Made by a program: the position numbers and the translations under genes. A DNA stretch of 64,000 nt, from the NCBI GenBank assembly GCA_965204375.1, contig OZ241986.1, positions 384,001 through 448,000 of the forward strand. The letters are read 5' to 3'. This stretch comes from Candidatus Latescibacterota bacterium (GTDB lineage Bacteria; Latescibacterota; UBA2968). This document shows positions 57,681-64,000 of the stretch, in pieces; the first letter of the stretch is position 1; each line of letters starts with the position of its first letter. A model generated the notes under the pieces. That model worked only from the letters and a program-made list of their open reading frames with translations, had not been told where the DNA came from and did not search any database.

Positions 57681-58772
57681 TCAATGATCAGAACACCATT
57701 TTTCGAGCGGATGAGAACGATCGGGGTTTGAAAAAACAACGCGTTGTCCAGAAATTTGGGATGCGTACGCCCCGTGAATCATTTCCAATGCCCAACGCGC
57801 ATCTCGATCACTGGATATGGGTGCGCGATCGCTTTCTATGGCGTCAATCAGATCGATAATGGCGCGATAATTTCCCGTCTCCTGCAAGTGATCATCCGCA
57901 AGTTCGAGCGCATGCCACGTATGACTATCTCTCCAGGGTGACCACAGTCCATCTTCGTAAATGGATATTGCTTCTGCGCCTCCGCTTATGGCTATCCGCC
58001 CAGATTCTCCGACCAGTACCAGTCCATAGCCCTGTCCTTTTCCAGCTTGATTGGCCCGCGAGACAAATGAGCCATCCACGCCATTGCCAAAAGAAAACAG
58101 GCTGACCACGCCGTCGCCCGCAATCGCGCCAATTGGCTCTGTGGCTTCCCGCACATCCTCGGGCGCGATTTCGCGATCTCCAACTGTCACGCGCGCTGTC
58201 ATCCACAGGGGATCGCCACCCAAAAAGCGCATCATGTTGAAGAGATGTGTTCCCAATACCAGCATGTCTTCGCCGCCTCCCCGATGGTCTTGTTTGCCAT
58301 ATGCATGCATGGATAGGAGTTTTCCAATTCGATTTTCTCGTATTAAATCGCGCAATTGATGTACTTGTCTGAGGTAAACAGCCTGATGCGCTACGGCAAC
58401 TTTGCGGTTGTTCTGTTCGGCGGCAGCCACGATGCGGTCTGCGGACGCGAGGTCGCCTGCAAGTGGTTTTTCCGAATAGACATGGCAGCCGGCTTCGATA
58501 CACGCCACGATCATTTCTTCGTGACAATCGACCCATCGTGGGCACACGCTGACAATGTCGAGGTCTTCTTTCGCCAGCATGTCGCGATAGTTCGCATACC
58601 CTCGCTGTGCTCCGGCATCTGCCATTGCCTTTTCTCGTCCAGCTGCGTCTGGATCGGATACGGCGATCATATCCACGCAGTCGATTTTTTGATAGGGCAC
58701 ATGCAGGCCATGTCCAAAATTGCCCTGTCCTGTCCGACCGATAGCACCAGCGCGATAGCGTTTTGCTGCCAT
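57681..58772 (-). CDS. Gfo/Idh/MocA family oxidoreductase
   Basis: HVYSEKP, GGEDMLVLGTH. Confidence 0.88.
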   Translation of the reverse strand: MAAKRYRAGAIGRTGQGNFGHGLHVPYQKIDCVDMIAVSDPDAAGREKAMADAGAQRGYANYRDMLAKEDLDIVSVCPRWVDCHEEMIVACIEAGCHVYSEKPLAGDLASADRIVAAAEQNNRKVAVAHQAVYLRQVHQLRDLIRENRIGKLLSMHAYGKQDHRGGGEDMLVLGTHLFNMMRFLGGDPLWMTARVTVGDREIAPEDVREATEPIGAIAGDGVVSLFSFGNGVDGSFVSRANQAGKGQGYGLVLVGESGRIAISGGAEAISIYEDGLWSPWRDSHTWHALELADDHLQETGNYRAIIDLIDAIESDRAPISSDRDARWALEMIHGAYASQISGQRVVFSNPDRSHPLEKWCSDH

Positions 58773-58784
58773 TGTGACTCCTTA

Positions 58785-59837
58785 TTAAGGTAAAAATACG
58801 ACGCCCAGTGCCGCGTTGGGATTCCGAATGAGTTCTTCACATGCTTCGGGTGCGTCATCCAGTGCAACCCGATGGGTGATGAGAGGGGATACTTTTAAGT
58901 GTCCGGTATCCATGAAGCGCAAGCATTCTTCTAAATTTCGCCTCGTTGTCCATTGCATAAAAACGGGGGGATAATCCGCACCGTGTTCCCACTCCTCATC
59001 GTGATAGCCCGGTCCTGTGCGTGCGGCACTGCGTACATCCAGATTGCCCAGCGCGGATGCAAAGCCGTGTTCAATTCGGGCACCGCCCACAATGACAATG
59101 CGCCCCATCAAGTGTGTGTCAGGTGCTTTTTTGATCATTTTGCTAAGCGTGATAAAAGCCGGCGTGCCATCGCCGCCAAAGGCAATTACACCGCCATCGA
59201 TCCCATAACCGCGCGTAAAAGTACGAGATACTTCTACCGGGTCTTCCTCTGTGATATTGACCCCGCGCAGCAAGCCACATGTCGCGGCTTTTTTTAAACG
59301 CATGGGCAATTGATCCAGGCCCATTACATAACATCCCGAAATGCGTGCCCACTGACAGGTAAATTGTCCCACAAGCCCCAGGCCCGCCACAGCAATGTGT
59401 TCGCTGAGCTGGAATGCGCCGCGCCGCACAGCATTTAAGGCGGTCGCGACCAGATGAATAGACGAGGCGTCTTCATCGCTGACGCCATCGGGAATGGGTA
59501 CTGCCATATTTCGCGGTACACAGGCATGGGTCGCATGTTGGGCATATCCGCCCCCCATACAGGCTACGCGCGTCCCAAGCGGTATGTCTTCACACCCCGC
59601 GCCTTGTGCCACGACCACGCCAGCATTGGAATATCCAAATGGGCGAGGTGCGGCATCCGACGGGTTTTCCCGCCGTCTTTTCACGCCACCCAATTCTGTA
59701 CCGGGGCTGACCATGCTCGCCGTGACTTCTATTTGAACCTGGCCTGGCTTTGGGGCTGCAACGGGTTCTTCGATGACCGAAATTCCACCTTGACCGTCAA
59801 TTGCCGCTACTTTTCGCATTGCCATTAGTGTCCTCAC
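58785..59837 (-). CDS. MDR (zinc-type alcohol dehydrogenase-like) oxidoreductase
   Basis: SPGTE, GYSNAG, GLGLVGQ, LITHR. Confidence 0.85.
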   Translation of the reverse strand: MRTLMAMRKVAAIDGQGGISVIEEPVAAPKPGQVQIEVTASMVSPGTELGGVKRRRENPSDAAPRPFGYSNAGVVVAQGAGCEDIPLGTRVACMGGGYAQHATHACVPRNMAVPIPDGVSDEDASSIHLVATALNAVRRGAFQLSEHIAVAGLGLVGQFTCQWARISGCYVMGLDQLPMRLKKAATCGLLRGVNITEEDPVEVSRTFTRGYGIDGGVIAFGGDGTPAFITLSKMIKKAPDTHLMGRIVIVGGARIEHGFASALGNLDVRSAARTGPGYHDEEWEHGADYPPVFMQWTTRRNLEECLRFMDTGHLKVSPLITHRVALDDAPEACEELIRNPNAALGVVFLP

Positions 59838-60625
59838 ATTGCCACAATTTGTTTCATGCGTTTTGCCATCTCGATTTGCACGTCTCGGTCGCCACCTACT
59901 TCGTGGATGACATATCGGTCATAGCCAATATCCCGTAGTCCTTTCATGACTTCTGCCCAATCCGTATCCCCATCCATCAGCGGTACGAAATTGCGTTGCT
60001 GACGAACAAAGTCCTTAAAATGTACCCGTTTAATCCGATGTTGAAGCCCGCGAATCCAGTGCTCTGGATAGCCGTAAAACATCATATTGGCCGTATCGAG
60101 ATAAATTCCGATCCAATCGTTGTCCACGGCATCGACAAACTCGCGCGCTTCTTTTGGGTTGAGCAAGAACTTATTCCACACATTCTCTATGCCGACTGCG
60201 ACGCCTTTGTCCTCTGCATAAGGCGCGATTTCTTTCATCGAGACCAGAAAATCATCCCAGGCGTCCTGATATGTGCCATCAACCGGAAGTTGGCCCGGAT
60301 GGAGTAAGACCGCGTCGGTTTCGACCAGACGCGCCACGTCAATGGCGCGGCGCAAGCTCTTCATGCCAGCTTCGCGTTCTGCCGGATCTCGGCTGAGAAA
60401 ATTGCCCCGGTTATCATATCTGGCAATCGCACTGCTGATTTCAATGCCCGCATCGTCACACCGCGCTTTGACGCCGCGTACCTCGTCGTCGCTCATATCT
60501 ACATTTGGATCACCATCTGGTGAAAATACCAGTTCGAGTGCTTCGTAACCCGCATCACGGCACAATTGCAATATTTCATCCAGTGTCAGCTTTCCCAGGA
60601 TAATTTGCGTTACTCCTATTTTCAT
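59834..60625 (-). CDS. Sugar phosphate isomerase/epimerase family protein
   Basis: IENVWNKFL, YLDTAN, VHFKDF, HEV. Confidence 0.87.
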   Translation of the reverse strand: MKIGVTQIILGKLTLDEILQLCRDAGYEALELVFSPDGDPNVDMSDDEVRGVKARCDDAGIEISSAIARYDNRGNFLSRDPAEREAGMKSLRRAIDVARLVETDAVLLHPGQLPVDGTYQDAWDDFLVSMKEIAPYAEDKGVAVGIENVWNKFLLNPKEAREFVDAVDNDWIGIYLDTANMMFYGYPEHWIRGLQHRIKRVHFKDFVRQQRNFVPLMDGDTDWAEVMKGLRDIGYDRYVIHEVGGDRDVQIEMAKRMKQIVAM

Positions 60626-60637
60626 CGCGTGTCTCCA

Positions 60638-62317
60638 CTAGATTGGGTTGTGTGTTTCAGGGGTATTTTCGCCTCTGTTTTGCAACTCTTCGGCAATTTC
60701 ATCCATCAGGACAGCCAGTTCAAGGACATTTTCGCTCGTGACTGAGCCAAGAAATACACCTGTGTCTCCATCTGTGATTGGGATTACGGACAACGAATGA
60801 TCCGTCATGCGCTTGAGCACGTCTTCAATTGGCTCATCGGGCTGAGCCTGCGGCAAATCTGTGCGCAACACAGTGCTCAGGCTCAGGTTTGCCCGCAAAC
60901 GCGAGGACATTGCCTGTAGGCGGGGAAGCGAGACGATCCCTACAACCTCGCCGCGATCAACCACGAGATAATCCCGTTGATTTGGCACGGACCAATCATT
61001 GATAAAATCCTCTGCCGAGAGCGCAGAATTGGGATATGTGCGCGTGCTGTCCATGACGTGGTTGACGGTAATATCCCGCATTGCGCGGCGGGCATAAGAA
61101 AGCGGTATGGCGGTGGGTAGCTTGGCGCGATGCGTTTTTTTGGCTCCGGTAATTGCCAGGTCAATGGCTTGCGGCATCAGCACAATATAGCCGAACATCA
61201 TGAGCACGAATAGCGAAAAGACATCCTTGCCGATTACGCCGTTCTCAAAGAGGACGAGGAGGAGGGCGATTTCCGCCACGCCCTTTGCCATCAATCCCGT
61301 GGCCTGCGCGAAGGGATTGTCCAGACGCGCCATATAGGTACCGATAACGGCACCGGCGAATTTGCCCAGAGACGGGAACACGACCAATGCGACGATGGTC
61401 GCGATTGGCAAGGTCAAAAAAGAAAGATCCAGGTGCAAACCGGCCGAAGCGAAAAAGAGCGGGACAAACAAGCCCTCTGCTGCGCTTCGCAAACCGGGCA
61501 GGACGTCTTCGTGGACCTGACGGGGCATACTCGACAGGGCCGTGCCGAAAAGCAGCGCGCCAATAGAGCCGTGCAGGTGGAGATATTCGGCACCCACTAC
61601 CATCAGGAAAAGGCCGCCGATCAGCAGCCCAAACGACAGTTCGGGTACATTTAAGACCTTCTGCAAGAAGACAATCGCATGGGGCAGTAGTCGCGCCGAT
61701 ATGAACCAGGCCACCACTGCAAAGCCCGCCATTTGTATCAACAGAAGAAGCACACTATAAAAACTCAGGTCGTATGTCTGTGCGCCAATTTCGCTGATGG
61801 AGAACCCGACCACGAGGAGGGCGATCAATTCGGCGATGATGACTGTGGTGAATATCTCGAGGCCGATGGGTTGTTTGAAATGTCCTTTGTCGGCGAACAC
61901 CTTTGCCACAAGCCCCAGGCTGGACAGCGAGAGAATGCCAGCCAGTGCCAGTGCCTCTGTGAAATTGAGGTTGAGGGCAAAGCTGATGTTGAAAAGGTTT
62001 GATGTGAACACCAAAGCGACGATGAGTGAGATGAGCACCGACACGGTGGCTGCGACAAAGAACCGTCCGCGAATCGTTGCCACAAAGCTGGGGATGTCGA
62101 TTTCATCGAGGCCGACCAAAAAGAAGAAGACGAAGATGCCGATGCCCAAGAACGTCTGGAGTTCTGGCGTTGGCTCGACGATATTTGTGATGGGGCCGAG
62201 CAAGGTGCCCGTGATTGTATAGGCGACGATTGAGTTTAAGCCAAAACGGTTAAACAGACCCTCGAAAATTTTGCATACGACAATGAGCAGGCCAAGGGGT
62301 AGCAGGGCGTCAATCAT
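60638..62317 (-). CDS. Cation:proton antiporter (CPA2-like) with C-terminal CBS domains
   Basis: About 12 TM helices, FFLVGLDE, FVPLFFASAG, CBS pair; start could be 62350. Confidence 0.82.
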   Translation of the reverse strand: MIDALLPLGLLIVVCKIFEGLFNRFGLNSIVAYTITGTLLGPITNIVEPTPELQTFLGIGIFVFFFLVGLDEIDIPSFVATIRGRFFVAATVSVLISLIVALVFTSNLFNISFALNLNFTEALALAGILSLSSLGLVAKVFADKGHFKQPIGLEIFTTVIIAELIALLVVGFSISEIGAQTYDLSFYSVLLLLIQMAGFAVVAWFISARLLPHAIVFLQKVLNVPELSFGLLIGGLFLMVVGAEYLHLHGSIGALLFGTALSSMPRQVHEDVLPGLRSAAEGLFVPLFFASAGLHLDLSFLTLPIATIVALVVFPSLGKFAGAVIGTYMARLDNPFAQATGLMAKGVAEIALLLVLFENGVIGKDVFSLFVLMMFGYIVLMPQAIDLAITGAKKTHRAKLPTAIPLSYARRAMRDITVNHVMDSTRTYPNSALSAEDFINDWSVPNQRDYLVVDRGEVVGIVSLPRLQAMSSRLRANLSLSTVLRTDLPQAQPDEPIEDVLKRMTDHSLSVIPITDGDTGVFLGSVTSENVLELAVLMDEIAEELQNRGENTPETHNPI

Positions 62318-62554
62318 AGGTAGGGTCTCATATTCTTGGGGGGGCAGCATCCCGGAAGGATGACGGCGAATAGGATATAGATGTTTGATATGAAAAATAA
62401 ATCGCCTATTAAAAAAAGCAAGCCTTTCTCACGCCCTTTGCCCCGCGTTTATATAATGCTTGACAAGGTGCATTTTTTTCGGTATCACATCGCCTTGTTC
62501 ATGCTATTCGCAAACCGCCATCGCATACAATACGATAACTCTGGAGATTGCGCT

Positions 62555-63865
62555 ATGAAGCATATATGTATTCTTTTTGGTCTGATATTTCTCGTTGTGG
62601 GCTGTAAACCCACTGAGTCGCCGACGCCGACGAAGCGCTCTATCACTATATGGTGGGCGCAGTGGGACCCCGCGGATGGACTTCAGGAATTGGGCAATAA
62701 ATTCGAACAGGAAACGGGTATTGCCGTTAAAGTCCACCAGATTCCCTGGCCGTCTTATCAGGATCAAGTCTTTCTCAATTTTGGAAATAATGAAACGGAT
62801 TTTGACATTGTGATTGGCGATAGTCAGTGGATTGGACGCGGCGCGACACGCGGCCTTTACGTCGATCTGACCGACTGGCTGCCCACGGCAATTGATATCG
62901 ACAAAATTCATCCCCGCGCCGCGCGCTATTTGTGCGAATATCCGCCCGGTGGTGGTAAATTCTACGCTGCGCCATGTGAAACCGATGCCGTCGGATTTGT
63001 CTATCGCAAGGACTGGTTTGAAGATCCCGCCGAGCAAGCGGCATTTAAAGAGAAATACGGGCGCGATCTGACGATTCCCGACAATTGGGATGAATTCCGC
63101 GATCTGGCTGAATTTTTCCATCGTCCCGATCAAAAACAATACGGCTGCGCTCTGCTCACCGGGCGAGGATATGATTCGATGACGATGGGCTTTCAGATGT
63201 TTATGTGGGGTTTTGGCGGCTCGTGGGGTGAGTTTGGCGAATTTGCAGTGGATGGGTATGTCAATAAACCCGAAGTGGCGGAAGCTCTTGGGTACCTGAA
63301 AGGGTTGTTACAATACGGTCCCAATGGCGCGACTAATTTCGACTACGGCAAAACCTTCGAGGCCTTTATCAATGGTTCGACGGCTATGAGCATGAACTAT
63401 TTCGCCTTTTATCCCGGCATTGTGAAACAGATGGGGGATAAGGCAGGATTTTTCATGGTGCCCAAAGCCGGCGACAAGCGCGTGGTGAGTCTGGGAGGAC
63501 AGGGGTTTAGCATTTCGACCAAAACGTCCGCAGAGCAACAAGAACTGGCCAAGCAATTCATCGCGTGGTTCTTGCAAACCGATATTCAAAAAGAATGGAT
63601 TACCAAAGACGCCGGATTTACCGCCAATACAGATATTCTCAATAGCGAAGAATTTCGAAACGCATCTCCGTACAACCGTGCTTTTGCAGAGTCGCTCGAT
63701 TATCTCCAGGACTTTTGGAATGCGCCTGTCTATAACGAGTTGCTCGCGGTTTCACAACGCTATTTGGGCGAAGCGATTGACGGGGTTACACCCGCGCAGG
63801 AAGCCCTTGACAAAATCGCTGCCGAACACGAGCAGATTTTCAAAGATGCCGGTTTGTTGAAGTAA
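62555..63865 (+). CDS. Sugar ABC transporter substrate-binding lipoprotein
   Basis: Lipobox VVGC, FEQETGIAV, YRKDWF, PDNWDEF; GGAG RBS; TTGACA-N17-TATCAC at 62460-62488. Confidence 0.9.
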   Translation: MKHICILFGLIFLVVGCKPTESPTPTKRSITIWWAQWDPADGLQELGNKFEQETGIAVKVHQIPWPSYQDQVFLNFGNNETDFDIVIGDSQWIGRGATRGLYVDLTDWLPTAIDIDKIHPRAARYLCEYPPGGGKFYAAPCETDAVGFVYRKDWFEDPAEQAAFKEKYGRDLTIPDNWDEFRDLAEFFHRPDQKQYGCALLTGRGYDSMTMGFQMFMWGFGGSWGEFGEFAVDGYVNKPEVAEALGYLKGLLQYGPNGATNFDYGKTFEAFINGSTAMSMNYFAFYPGIVKQMGDKAGFFMVPKAGDKRVVSLGGQGFSISTKTSAEQQELAKQFIAWFLQTDIQKEWITKDAGFTANTDILNSEEFRNASPYNRAFAESLDYLQDFWNAPVYNELLAVSQRYLGEAIDGVTPAQEALDKIAAEHEQIFKDAGLLK

Positions 63866-63894
63866 TCATAACTCAAAAAGGAAAGTACAACTCT

Positions 63895-64000
63895 ATGTCC
63901 TCTTTCAAAACGCCTGAAGATATCAAGGTGGGTGTTATCGGCTACGGCGGCGCATTTAATATGGGGCGTCAGCATCTCACGTTTATGAAAAAGGCGGGTA
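63895..64000 (+). CDS. Gfo/Idh/MocA oxidoreductase N-terminus (runs off window)
   Basis: MSSFKTPEDIKVGVIGYGGAFNMGRQH. Confidence 0.75.
   Translation, partial: MSSFKTPEDIKVGVIGYGGAFNMGRQHLTFMKKAG

Overview
Gene-dense chromosomal window from a diderm heterotrophic bacterium of roughly 50% GC. The sulfatases, Gfo/Idh/MocA oxidoreductases, PhyH/TauD dioxygenases and a dockerin/EF-hand-tailed secreted protein are reminiscent of Latescibacterota- or Gemmatimonadota-like marine or sponge-associated lineages; this placement is inference only. Most of the ~58 genes are catabolic or housekeeping (nadA, prs, mraY, hisI, trmY, ltaE, manC). I saw no rRNA, tRNA or CRISPR array. Signals that the ORF track misses: (1) a UGA read-through peroxiredoxin-like selenoprotein with an unusual UxxS motif and a SECIS-like hairpin (30317-30802); (2) a histidine leader-peptide attenuator (46623-46866) upstream of a SAM methyltransferase and a divergent hisI; (3) an IS1380-family element with 8-bp direct repeats that splits a 103-aa orphan gene and has a structured 3' non-coding region; (4) a sigma-54 promoter with IHF-like and enhancer-like sites upstream of an orphan MacB-like permease; (5) heptamer repeats and a truncated hicB cassette inside a recent dapA-like duplication. 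Other system candidates are an Lcp/MpaB-type heme oxygenase next to an MMPL + LolA-like + beta-barrel lipid transport module, a tandem phosphoesterase pair whose second copy has GNHE->GNNE, and a five-gene operon containing a Tat-exported tailspike-like beta-helix protein and a TonB-dependent receptor. All functional calls come from motif recognition by eye, without database searches.
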